Assembly (NCBI GenBank): GCA_964291315.2
Contig: OZ219753.1
Location: 1,152,001-1,216,000 of the forward strand
DNA: 64,000 bases
DNA from: Candidatus Poribacteria bacterium
GTDB taxonomy: Bacteria; Poribacteria; WGA-4E; WGA-3G
Reading direction: 5' to 3'
Both the position numbers and the translations under genes were made by a program. The notes under the pieces were generated by a model. It worked only from the letters and a program-made list of their open reading frames with translations. It searched no databases and was not told the origin of the DNA. This document shows positions 9,212 to 18,614 of the stretch, piece after piece. Numbering within the stretch: the first letter of the stretch is position 1; every line of letters starts with the position of its first letter.

Positions 9212-11974
9212 ATGTTATGGAATAAAATGAAACTTTTGGTAGTATTAGGGCTTGTGTGTTTCTTCGCAACACCCCAGGCTTCCGCGCTTAACATTGTGAC
9301 GGGAGGTTCCCAAACCCACCTGCTTAAAGCCAAAACGTTCCTTATCTGGGCGAAAGCTACCGCGGATGCATCGGTCTCTGCTAATAACGGCATCACGGAC
9401 GCAGCAACAGGGAAGGTGTACGGCACAAGTACAAACAAGTATAACACACTTTGGGGTGACCTACGGAGTAGACTCGAAGGCGGTCATGGGCTTCTCCTTA
9501 CAGTGAAAGCGCCGTCACAGACTGATTTTGATAACGAGGACAAGGAGTATAGCTTGAAACCTAATCCGACAGCCGAGGAGGCGATGAAGCTCAAGCACCA
9601 TCTCGTTATCACCGAAATAATGTGGGGGACAGATGTGCCTTCAAGAGCATTTACCGCAGATAATCCGCAGTGGATAGAACTCTACAGCCAAGGCGCTATG
9701 AAAAAGGACGATGGCATCGGCCTGCACGATACTAGAGCATTTCCTGACCGTCTAGCGTATCGCGCAGGGGAGCTGTTTGAGCGTACTGAAAATGGTACCC
9801 TGAACAAGTATGTCGTTCTGGATCGTGTACACACGGTCGATCGCTTTGGCCGGCAGTGGCGTCTGAAAGGCAGCAACGGGGATACCGACGGCAACACAGA
9901 GAAGGGCATAGCTCCGACACCCATGGTCTCTATGTATCGGAAGATCGAACTGGATGCCACAGGCAAGGCGTATGCGTATGAAAACGGAAAACTGAAGGGA
10001 CTCGGAGAGGGCGATGACCCCGGGTCCTGGGAGGCTTCCGTCGGCTCGATTAACATCGAGGGTCAGTATATCGGCTCCCCCGGCAGCGTTCACGTGCCTG
10101 TGGGCGGTCCCTCTGTCGTCAAGTTTGATATGAAACCTGCGACTATCTCCCCTACCGGGATTATCATCAACGAGGTGCGAAACGACTCTTCAGATGAGAA
10201 CTTGGACTGGATAGAGTTGTTCTATAATAGCGATAGTGCCTCGGATGCCTCCGTGAATATAGAAAACTATCAGCTGAGCCTGGTGATGGGCAAGATGATG
10301 ACGGACGGCAGCGGCTATCACCAGTCCGGGGATGCCAACTTCACGGACACCAGCCTCGCGGTGCTGCCGAAATACAGGATGAAGCCGGGCGAGTATCTAG
10401 TGGTCTATAACCGAGACCCGGGGCGCGGTACTGCGTTCGCTGGGGGTACGAACCTTCAGAGTCTCTTGGACGACTCGGATGTCAACACGGGTGCCTCACA
10501 CAAGTATGTGGTTGCGGAATCCCTAAAACTTCCCGCTGAAGGCAAGTTCCTGATCCTGCTGCGCAACGCAAAAGAGAAGCTGAAAACGGCGGATAATGTC
10601 ATAGACTATGCGGGCAACGGGTTCTTCACACGGATAGAAGATAGGAAGTTCAATACAGATGTCTGGCCGTTCGTGGGATGGATGTCCCCGGGAGACGTTG
10701 AGGACTTCGGTAGCATGAATACCTTCGCCTCTACAAGTATGTCGTTCGGTCGGGGTGTGCAGATCAATTCGCAGGGCATGTACGGCGCGAAGTCTCGTGC
10801 GAACCGCGTCCACAAAGACGACTGGCAGTCGTTCGGGTTCATCGGCACTGGCTACGACCGCGGCAAAGACAAATCTCTTGACACAGCGACCTCCCCCGGC
10901 ACGCCGGGGTATCCGAACATGGCGGTGAACAACGTCTCCGAGGGCGACTACACGTTTGATGGCAAAGTGAGCATCAGCGAGATTATGTATGATGCGGGTC
11001 CCCGCTCGAACTTGGTGCAGTGGATAGAGCTCTACAACAGCTCTATGATGGATACGGTGAACCTTGAGGGGTGGGAGTTAGATATCCGCAACCAGGCAGG
11101 CAGCTTGTATGTCGACGCAACCCTCACCTTTAAGGCAGGGGCGTATATCCCGCCGAATCAGACGCTGCTGCTCGTCTCAAGCAGCGCTGCGAACGATGTT
11201 GCGGATAACTATGTCTACAACTTGTTGGAGAAGCACCGCAGCGATCTCAGGTTGACAACGTCTGGTCGGCAGCTGCTGAATGCGGAAGGTTTCTATTTGG
11301 AGCTGCGGGCGAAGGTCAGCGGTGGCGATCCGATGCTTATGGACGCAGCCGGCAACCTTGAGGTAGACGGCACTTCACGCACGAAGATGTGGGATTTCCC
11401 CGGAAGCGGTGAGCTGCGTACCTCTATTGTGCGGACCTATGGCGGTGTGTTCAACGACATGACAGAGGGTTCTGGACCGCACAATGCAGATAATGGCACG
11501 ATGGAAGCCTCTTGGCGACACTCGGATCTGGCAGGTGCCTCGCTCACCTTCTACGGGCAGCGGAGCGATATCGGCACGCCCGGCTACCGTCTCGGCGGAC
11601 CGCTACCCGTCTCACTCTCAAGTTTCCGCCCGGTGCGCAACGTCTCGACAGGACACGTTGAAATTACGTGGGTAACGCAGTCCGAGCTCAACAACGCCGG
11701 GTTCAATATCCTGCGCAGCGAGAGCAAGACCGGCGAGTTCAAGGCTATCAACGCCGAGGGTCTGATTGCGGGGCACGGCACGACCTCCGAGAAGCACGTG
11801 TATACCTACACAGATACGACTGCGAAGCCGAATGTGGTGTATTACTACCAGATAGAAGATGTCTCTATGGACGGGGTGCGTACGACGCTACGGACGACGC
11901 ATCTGCGGGGGGATGTCTCTGCGAGGGGTAAGCTCACAACCCGTTGGGGAGAGCTCAAATCGTCTGACAAATAG
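9212..11974 (+). CDS. Secreted lamin-tail-domain protein, paralog 2
   Basis: Same architecture as 6289-9123; C-terminal ~120 aa near-identical. Confidence 0.85.
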   Translation: MLWNKMKLLVVLGLVCFFATPQASALNIVTGGSQTHLLKAKTFLIWAKATADASVSANNGITDAATGKVYGTSTNKYNTLWGDLRSRLEGGHGLLLTVKAPSQTDFDNEDKEYSLKPNPTAEEAMKLKHHLVITEIMWGTDVPSRAFTADNPQWIELYSQGAMKKDDGIGLHDTRAFPDRLAYRAGELFERTENGTLNKYVVLDRVHTVDRFGRQWRLKGSNGDTDGNTEKGIAPTPMVSMYRKIELDATGKAYAYENGKLKGLGEGDDPGSWEASVGSINIEGQYIGSPGSVHVPVGGPSVVKFDMKPATISPTGIIINEVRNDSSDENLDWIELFYNSDSASDASVNIENYQLSLVMGKMMTDGSGYHQSGDANFTDTSLAVLPKYRMKPGEYLVVYNRDPGRGTAFAGGTNLQSLLDDSDVNTGASHKYVVAESLKLPAEGKFLILLRNAKEKLKTADNVIDYAGNGFFTRIEDRKFNTDVWPFVGWMSPGDVEDFGSMNTFASTSMSFGRGVQINSQGMYGAKSRANRVHKDDWQSFGFIGTGYDRGKDKSLDTATSPGTPGYPNMAVNNVSEGDYTFDGKVSISEIMYDAGPRSNLVQWIELYNSSMMDTVNLEGWELDIRNQAGSLYVDATLTFKAGAYIPPNQTLLLVSSSAANDVADNYVYNLLEKHRSDLRLTTSGRQLLNAEGFYLELRAKVSGGDPMLMDAAGNLEVDGTSRTKMWDFPGSGELRTSIVRTYGGVFNDMTEGSGPHNADNGTMEASWRHSDLAGASLTFYGQRSDIGTPGYRLGGPLPVSLSSFRPVRNVSTGHVEITWVTQSELNNAGFNILRSESKTGEFKAINAEGLIAGHGTTSEKHVYTYTDTTAKPNVVYYYQIEDVSMDGVRTTLRTTHLRGDVSARGKLTTRWGELKSSDK

Positions 11975-12029
11975 CAGACACGGTGGTTAGAAATAGACAA
12001 GCTAACCTTACTACAGATCAACTAACAAA

Positions 12030-12067
12030 ACGTTGGGGGGTGGAACGTATGTTTCACCCCCCAACGT
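12030..12067 (+). terminator. Strong hairpin, probable terminator after cassette 1
   Basis: ACGTTGGGGGGTGGAA-loop-TTTCACCCCCCAACGT followed by CTTTT; homolog at 54179-54210. Confidence 0.7.
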
Positions 12068-12174
12068 CTTTTAACCCCAGGCGCTCTCTGTTTCTTTTTT
12101 CTTTTTTCCATGTGAGAAATTCACAGTAAAACTGGCCGCTCCGCGCATCAAATCGGCAATGATACGTTTGCTGG

Positions 12175-13182
12175 CTAATCCTCCGTTACCCGTCCTAGTA
12201 TTGGATATGCTGGGTCGTTATATCCTTTGCCGGTGTGTTCACCAGGCGGTACTAATGCATTGATGGCTGTTTCGTCGTCTGCCGTTAGTGTGCAATCTAG
12301 ACACCCTAAATTGTCTTCAAGTTGTTCCATAGTTCGCGGTCCAATGATAATAGAAGTGATGACCGGATTTGCCAGTACCCACGCCAGTGAGAATTGCGTC
12401 AAAGTTTTCCCGTGTGCTTCCGCTAGTGGTTTGAGCTGCTGTGCGACTTCATAACTTTCGGTGCGCAGCTCGGTCTGCGAAATCCGTCTATCTTGTCGTG
12501 CTGCTCTGGAATCTTTGGGCGGTTTTTTATCTGGCAAGTATTTACCGGACAATACCCCGCGTGCCAATGGGCTATAGGGTACAACTCCGATTCCGTATTT
12601 CTGGCAAAAAGGTAGCAGTTCCACTTCGATATCCCGATTGACGATGTTATAAAGGGGTTGGACACACACGAATTCTTCCAATCGATATTTTTCGCTGGTC
12701 CAGAGTGCTTCACAGATGTGCCACGCCTGAAAATTGGAACAGGCGATATAGCGTACCTTGCCCTGCCTCACGCAATCATCTAAAGCCCGGATCGATTCCA
12801 GAATACGTGTCGAGGTATCCGAGCGATGCAGGTAATAAACATCGATGTGATCGGTGCCGAGGCGTTTAAGACTTGCCTCCACTGCCGACATAATATGGAA
12901 TCGGTGTGAGCCTGCTGCATTTACGTCATCTCCCATCGAACCGTGTACTTTTGTCGCGACCACCCATTTTTCTCGGTTGGAGCGGATCGCTTTCCCGGTA
13001 ATCCGTTCTGATTCGCCGGCATTGTAGACATTGGCGGTATCCAAAAAATTGATCCCTGCCTCCATTGCCTGGTGAATAATCCGAATTGAATCCTTTTCAT
13101 TTGTTGGTCCACCGAACATCATTGTGCCGAGGCAGAGTGGTGCTACCTGTACCCCGGCTCGTCCAAGTGTTCTATGGTCCAT
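12175..13182 (-). CDS. Aldo/keto reductase
   Basis: Motifs LGTMMFG, DTANVY, SLKRLGTDHIDVYYLH, GKVRYI and YSPLARG. Confidence 0.93.
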   Translation of the reverse strand: MDHRTLGRAGVQVAPLCLGTMMFGGPTNEKDSIRIIHQAMEAGINFLDTANVYNAGESERITGKAIRSNREKWVVATKVHGSMGDDVNAAGSHRFHIMSAVEASLKRLGTDHIDVYYLHRSDTSTRILESIRALDDCVRQGKVRYIACSNFQAWHICEALWTSEKYRLEEFVCVQPLYNIVNRDIEVELLPFCQKYGIGVVPYSPLARGVLSGKYLPDKKPPKDSRAARQDRRISQTELRTESYEVAQQLKPLAEAHGKTLTQFSLAWVLANPVITSIIIGPRTMEQLEDNLGCLDCTLTADDETAINALVPPGEHTGKGYNDPAYPILGRVTED

Positions 13183-13207
13183 ATATTTTTACTCCTTTTA
13201 AATAGGT

Positions 13208-13939
13208 TTATGCCATCCGTATGCCGCCATTGACATCGAGCGTCGCGCCTGTCACATAACGTCCTTCTTCTGAGGCAAGGAAGAGGATAGTAGTTGCGAT
13301 CTCTGCGGCATCAGCGATCCGTCCGAGTGGGATCTGATCTGTCATATCAGGGTGATTTTTTGCCATTTCGGTTGCAGCGATGCCTGGGGCGACGGAGTTT
13401 ACGGTAATCCCGTATTCTCCAAGCACGCGCGCCAACGATTTGGTCAGACACATCACGCCGGCTTTGGAGGCGGAATAAGCTGCGGAGGCGACTAGTCCGC
13501 CAACCTGGCCTGCTAACGAGCCGAGGTTGATAATGCGGCCGGATCGTTGTGTCTTCATTGTCTTCATCACCGCTTGTGAACAGAGAAACGTTCCTTTGAG
13601 GTTGACGGCCATCATCCGATCCCACTCGGCTTCTGTACATGCTTCTATACGGGTATAGCTAAAAATACCGGCATTGTTGACCAAAATATCGATTCGCCCG
13701 AAGGTGTCAAGTGTTTCTTGAACCATTTTACGGACCGAATCGCCGTCCGCGACATCTGTTTCGATCACTTTGCATGTTCTATTGAGTGCTGCGATTTCTG
13801 CTTCTGCCGCTGCCGCGTTCGCCATGTTGATTTCGGGGAGTACGACATCTGCCCCTTCTTTGGCGAATGCAAGACATGTGGCTTTTCCAATGCCGCCGCC
13901 GCCCCCTGTAACGATTGCAACCTGCCCTTCTAAACGCAT
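13208..13939 (-). CDS. Short-chain dehydrogenase/reductase (FabG-like)
   Basis: Motifs TGGGGGIG, NNAG and YSASK. Confidence 0.93.
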   Translation of the reverse strand: MRLEGQVAIVTGGGGGIGKATCLAFAKEGADVVLPEINMANAAAAEAEIAALNRTCKVIETDVADGDSVRKMVQETLDTFGRIDILVNNAGIFSYTRIEACTEAEWDRMMAVNLKGTFLCSQAVMKTMKTQRSGRIINLGSLAGQVGGLVASAAYSASKAGVMCLTKSLARVLGEYGITVNSVAPGIAATEMAKNHPDMTDQIPLGRIADAAEIATTILFLASEEGRYVTGATLDVNGGIRMA

Positions 13940-14144
13940 CTATGCTTCTCCTTTTGCCACTTTATAGTTCGGCGGAGCGGAGCCCGTGACATCCGCGACG
14001 CACTTTTTTCTTGCAAAATACAATAAATCATGATAATATATCCGTATTATCATACGAAGTCCGGAGAAAGTCAAGCACGAAAAACATGCACTGTTGTCAT
14101 ATCACTAATTCGTTGCTGCTAATAGATATAAGGAGAATTGAAGT

Positions 14145-15041
14145 ATGAAAAAAACGGTACCGCTGCGTTGGATCAAGTCAGTTCTAGTCTTAAGTTTTGC
14201 TTGTTTTTCCTCGTTCACAGCCACAGCACAGAATTATTATCCGGCGGATATTGGCAATATGTGGATTTTGGAGAGCAGCGATGGTGAACGAAGAAGCATC
14301 TATACGCTTGAGGGCCCTGAAGTTATAAATGGCGAAGAACATATCCTCCTAAAAATTAAGACTGAGGAACTCAGCACTGGCAAGGCTGAGACTGATCAAT
14401 ATTATTTAACTCTCGACACAGAAGTTATCAAGCTCCACAGAATTATCTTGGAGGACACACTTGCTACTCTGACTGCGGATTTCCGGAAACCTGCTACTTT
14501 TTTCCCACGCCGGTTACTACTAGGCGACAAATGGGAAATAGAAACAGCTGTAAAAGCAGAATTGATGCAACTAACGATATCAGGAGAGAGTATTACGGAC
14601 TTAGAAGTGGTTGGATTTGAAGACGTGATCACGTCTGTTGGAACGTTTGAGAATTGTGCCAAGATCCGATTAGAGATGCGGCTCCAAGCTGGTGGGTTTC
14701 TTAGTCTTAACTCTGTTACCTACCAATGGTTTGCGCCAGAGGTAGGTCCTGTCCAATACCAAAACAGCGACGGTTTACGATTCACCCTAACAAGCTATAA
14801 CCTGCTAACGCCGCCTGAGGTACCTGACACGCTAAAGGCAGATACCGTTGTAAAAGAAGATGTTCACATCGAACCACCACCTTTACCTTACGATGTAACA
14901 GGGGATGGTGTTGTGAACATTTTGGACCTTACCTTTGTGGCAGTTCGCTTCGGTAGCGCTGATTTCGAAGCGGATGTGACAGGTGATGGCATCGTTAACA
15001 TTTTGGATTTGGTTCATATCGCACAGAACCTCAGCAACTAA
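14145..15041 (+). CDS. Secreted beta-rich domain protein with C-terminal dockerin
   Basis: Signal peptide ending A-QNYYP; 'V.T..GTFENC' and 'W.AP.VGP' motifs; duplicated DVTGDG.VNILDL dockerin repeats. Confidence 0.85.
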   Translation: MKKTVPLRWIKSVLVLSFACFSSFTATAQNYYPADIGNMWILESSDGERRSIYTLEGPEVINGEEHILLKIKTEELSTGKAETDQYYLTLDTEVIKLHRIILEDTLATLTADFRKPATFFPRRLLLGDKWEIETAVKAELMQLTISGESITDLEVVGFEDVITSVGTFENCAKIRLEMRLQAGGFLSLNSVTYQWFAPEVGPVQYQNSDGLRFTLTSYNLLTPPEVPDTLKADTVVKEDVHIEPPPLPYDVTGDGVVNILDLTFVAVRFGSADFEADVTGDGIVNILDLVHIAQNLSN

Positions 15042-15150
15042 TTTAAAAAGCTCGTAATAATTGAAGTGCCAAAGTCTCCGATTTCTTATTGAAAACCTTT
15101 GACAAATACGGTAGTATTTAGTCATTATTTCGTAGATTCTGGAAATTAAT

Positions 15151-15243
15151 ATGGTGAGTTGGAAAATTGCATTGGTTGTGATTGGCATCGCTATTCTCGC
15201 TATCGTAATCGGAATGTGGTTTGGATATCAATATGTTTCGTAA
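15151..15243 (+). CDS. Putative 30-aa single-pass membrane peptide
   Basis: MVSWKIALVVIGIAILAIVIGMWFGYQYVS; TTGACA about 50 nt upstream; below the ORF-track cutoff. Confidence 0.45.
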   Translation: MVSWKIALVVIGIAILAIVIGMWFGYQYVS

Positions 15244-15395
15244 CAGGATAGCATTACCTCAGCGGGGGACGTGAGCTCTGCTTTTTGATGAGGTTTGTGC
15301 TTACATCTGTCCTTGCACAGGTTTCATAGGAATGGTATCCGTTCTTGTGAAGATTATTCAAGTTTGTATTTTTTTGAAAAAAGGAGATTTAAGTT

Positions 15396-17192
15396 ATGAA
15401 GACTTCCCAATTTGTGTTTTGGCTGATGCCGCTTTTGGTATTGGGCCTTGTTTGTAGTTCCGCGCTCACAGCAGCACAAAACTATTATCCGACAGAGATC
15501 GGTAATACTTGGACTTTAAACACTGCTGACGGCACCGAGGAACGCCGGTACGCGATCACGGGTACCGAAAATTTTAACGGTGTAGAGGTTCTCGTCCTTA
15601 AGATTGACACTGAGGCGCTCGGTACAGGTGTGATTGTTAGCGATCAATATTTTATTTCGGCTGACGACACAGGACTTACATTGCATCAATCTATCACAGA
15701 TGAAGGGACATTCGGGATCGCCGAGGTTAACTATGAGCCGCCTACCTTCTTTTTTCCGGCATCGCCATCGCTCGGTCAAAAGTGGCAGATTTCTGGGGAA
15801 ACAGAACTCCTCCTAGTAGGTGCCTCCTCCAACACCACGAGTGCAGAAGTAGTCGCGATAGAGTCTGTTGTGACCCCGGCTGGCACATTTGAGAACTGTG
15901 CTAAGATTGAATTAGCCTACAAGATAACTACAGCATTGGTAACCCTACGGCCGGTAGAATACATTTGGCTTGCACCTGAGGTCGGCCCAATCAAATTTCA
16001 GACTGATCAAGAGATTGTTTTTGAATTAGAGAGTTACAACTTAGTCAAACCGACGGCTGCTGGAGAAGTCTCCGGTGGGGAGACGCCTCACGCCGAACAA
16101 GTGCCTGCTGTAGAAGAGGTACCCACAGTCGAAGAACAACCGTCTACTGAGGAAGTGCCACCGGGTGAGGTCACACCTCCGGCTGAAGAGGTTCCTGCCG
16201 ATGAAACGGTGGTCTCTGGTGCTGCTTTCGATTTAACGCTCAATCCGGGTTTGAATATGATTTCTGTTCCATTAATGCCAACAGCCTCATATACCGCGAA
16301 ATCGTTGTCAGAAATGCTTGGTGCAACAGCTGTTATCAAACTTAATGCGGTTAACCAGCATTTCCTGGGCTACACGATTGCTGATAATGACGCCGGTTTT
16401 AGTATCGAGGGGGGTAAAGGTTATATTGTCAACACGCCGACTGGCGGGATGGTAACGTTTATAGGGACGGCATGGGACAACCAACCTGAAACCGTTGCTG
16501 AGGAGACTCCCGCCGGGAAACAAATGGGTGAAGAAGGGACGGATCCCCAAGAAGTTCCTGCTGCTCCTGCTCTCTCCAGATTCAAGAGTGCATGGGCGTT
16601 CATCGTCACGAGCGATATTCAGGGCATGGAGACCGGCACGGGTTACACACTCATCGCTGAGAATCTCCGCACTGGCAGTATCGCAACACAGAACGTCACA
16701 GACGTTATGAGACGATCTACTGCCATCTGGGCAGACCTTAACCGCAATAGCGTCATTGAAGCCGGCGATAGACTCACCATCGCGCTCTACGACGACCGCG
16801 GTCAACTCGTCTCAGGTCCCTTCCAACGCACAATAACCACGGCTGACCTTCGCAACGCATTCCTGAGCTTGGACATGACGGTTGGGGACGTGCGTCCACA
16901 GGAAACCGTTCTGGCACAGAACTTCCCGAATCCGTTCAACCCGGAAACGTGGATACCGTATCAGTTGAGTGCCTCGACAGAGGTGTCAATAAAGATCTAT
17001 GATGTCTCGGGTGGTTTGGTTCGGCGTTTAGACTTAGGATGGCAGGCGGTAGGTTCGTATACGAGTCCGTCGCGTGCTGCGTATTGGGATGGTCGGAATG
17101 CGGTAGGTGAGCGTGTAGCGAGTGGTATCTACTTCTACACGTTGCAGACATCGGATTTTGCTGCAACCCGACGGATGGTTATCCTCAAGTAG
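15396..17192 (+). CDS. Secreted protein: QNYYP beta domain, EEVP linker, C-terminal FlgD-Ig/T9SS-CTD-like domain
   Basis: AAQNYYP N-domain paralogous to its neighbours; acidic Pro-rich repeats; NFPNPFNPETWIPYQL...WDGRN..GE.VASGIYFY...RMVILK. Confidence 0.85.
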   Translation: MKTSQFVFWLMPLLVLGLVCSSALTAAQNYYPTEIGNTWTLNTADGTEERRYAITGTENFNGVEVLVLKIDTEALGTGVIVSDQYFISADDTGLTLHQSITDEGTFGIAEVNYEPPTFFFPASPSLGQKWQISGETELLLVGASSNTTSAEVVAIESVVTPAGTFENCAKIELAYKITTALVTLRPVEYIWLAPEVGPIKFQTDQEIVFELESYNLVKPTAAGEVSGGETPHAEQVPAVEEVPTVEEQPSTEEVPPGEVTPPAEEVPADETVVSGAAFDLTLNPGLNMISVPLMPTASYTAKSLSEMLGATAVIKLNAVNQHFLGYTIADNDAGFSIEGGKGYIVNTPTGGMVTFIGTAWDNQPETVAEETPAGKQMGEEGTDPQEVPAAPALSRFKSAWAFIVTSDIQGMETGTGYTLIAENLRTGSIATQNVTDVMRRSTAIWADLNRNSVIEAGDRLTIALYDDRGQLVSGPFQRTITTADLRNAFLSLDMTVGDVRPQETVLAQNFPNPFNPETWIPYQLSASTEVSIKIYDVSGGLVRRLDLGWQAVGSYTSPSRAAYWDGRNAVGERVASGIYFYTLQTSDFAATRRMVILK

Positions 17193-17311
17193 GAGAGAGA
17201 GCAAAGCTCGTTTGTGCAAACGTCTTGGTGTTTACACCAAGACGTTTTTTTCAGAGCACCGAAGTCCGGCTTTGTAGACTCGTCGCTCTAAAAACAGAAA
17301 GGAAGAAAAAA

Positions 17312-18118
17312 ATGATCAGAAACACGCTACTGCTCATTGGACTGCTCTGTACCTTCGTCAGCACAGCAAGTGCACAAAACTATTATCCTGTTGACGTTGG
17401 AAACATATGGATTTTGGAAAGCCAGGATGGTACTGAAAGAATCACTTATACAATTGGAACAACCGGCGAACGTTTTAACGGAGAACAGGCGCGGATTCTT
17501 GAAATCACAACGGCTGTCTTAGGTACAAACACAGCGGATGTCAGTATCTTCTTTATGCAGGTAGGCGGAGAAGGCATAAAGATTCATAAGTTGGTCACCG
17601 TATTTGGAGATATCTTCGGTACGGCGACTTTAGAATTCTCACCGCCAGCTACTTTATTTCCGGCAAAACTTGGGCTTACAGAAACATGGGAGTTCCAGGG
17701 TGAAACGGAGGTCGATCTAATAGGGGCAACTACAGTTTCTAGTGTGAGCAAAGTTGTAGCGATTGAGGACGTAGATACACCGGCGGGAACCTTCGAGAAC
17801 TGTGTGAAAATTGAGATACGCGCAAAAACTGTTGCAGCGTTAGGAATCGCCCGTTCCACCTCTTACCAGTGGCTTGCTCCGAATCTTGGCCCCGTTAAAT
17901 TTAAAACCGATCAGGATATCGTCTTTGAACTAGTCAAGTCCAATCTAATCGCGTCTGCGTTATCTTACGACGTAAACGCGGACGGCGTTGTGAACGTTTT
18001 GGACCTCACCCTTGTGGCTGCCAGCTTCGGTCAGACGGATCCGAAGGCTGATGTAAACGCAGACGGCACTGTCAATATTCTGGATCTGACGCTCGTTGCC
18101 CAGAATTTTGGGGGTTAA
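17312..18118 (+). CDS. Secreted beta-rich domain protein with C-terminal dockerin
   Basis: Start MIRNTLL after AAGGAAG; SAQNYYP; two DVNADG.VN.LDL repeats. Confidence 0.85.
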   Translation: MIRNTLLLIGLLCTFVSTASAQNYYPVDVGNIWILESQDGTERITYTIGTTGERFNGEQARILEITTAVLGTNTADVSIFFMQVGGEGIKIHKLVTVFGDIFGTATLEFSPPATLFPAKLGLTETWEFQGETEVDLIGATTVSSVSKVVAIEDVDTPAGTFENCVKIEIRAKTVAALGIARSTSYQWLAPNLGPVKFKTDQDIVFELVKSNLIASALSYDVNADGVVNVLDLTLVAASFGQTDPKADVNADGTVNILDLTLVAQNFGG

Positions 18119-18137
18119 GCTTGTAAGGAAGGGCTCT

Positions 18138-18361
18138 ATGAGAGGCATTTTTGCTTTGATTTCTGTATCGGCATTAATGGCGGGCGGTATGCGGGGCCCG
18201 ACCGTCTTTGCCAGTCCCGTAACAGGGAAATTCCGTTTACTCCATCCGTGACGGCAACCCGGAACCTATAATTTGTATAATAACTTTCTCATAGATTATG
18301 CGACAGTCCAAGTAGTAAGCTCACGACGCGTTGGGGAGAGCTGAAACCGTCTGATAAATAG
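18138..18361 (+). pseudogene. Remnant of a secreted GKLTTRWG-tail protein gene
   Basis: RBS plus signal-peptide-like 37-aa ORF (18138-18251). Then 18317-18361 encodes KLTTRWGELKPSDK*, nearly identical in DNA to the 3' ends of the lamin-tail genes. Confidence 0.65.
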
Positions 18362-18398
18362 TAGACGCTACAGTCTAGCAAGTTAGGGGACGGACGCC

Positions 18399-18483
18399 CA
18401 GACTGACAGTCTATGCTACAAGGCACTGCGCGGACTGACAGTCTATGCTACTCCTACTGTGCAACCTAACAGGTTATGCTACA
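18399..18483 (-). repeat. Three tandem REP-like palindromes (GTAG-type)
   Basis: CAGACTGACAGTCTATGCTACA (18399-18420), CGGACTGACAGTCTATGCTACT (18431-18452), CAACCTAACAGGTTATGCTACA (18462-18483). On the minus strand each reads GTAG + hairpin. Confidence 0.75.
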
Positions 18484-18614
18484 AAGGAGCCTACCCACTC
18501 TTTTTCTAAAACGGCGTGTGGGCTCGCTGAGAAACTTGAGGATGCGAACCTGAAAGCTAAAATTGACGAGGCTCTTGATGGCCTGGTTAGATGAACAGTT
18601 GATACAGTATCTGT

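Noticed and set aside
18399-18483. Mini CRISPR array
   Set aside because: Spacers are only 9-10 nt, there are no cas genes, and GTAG+palindrome fits REP elements.
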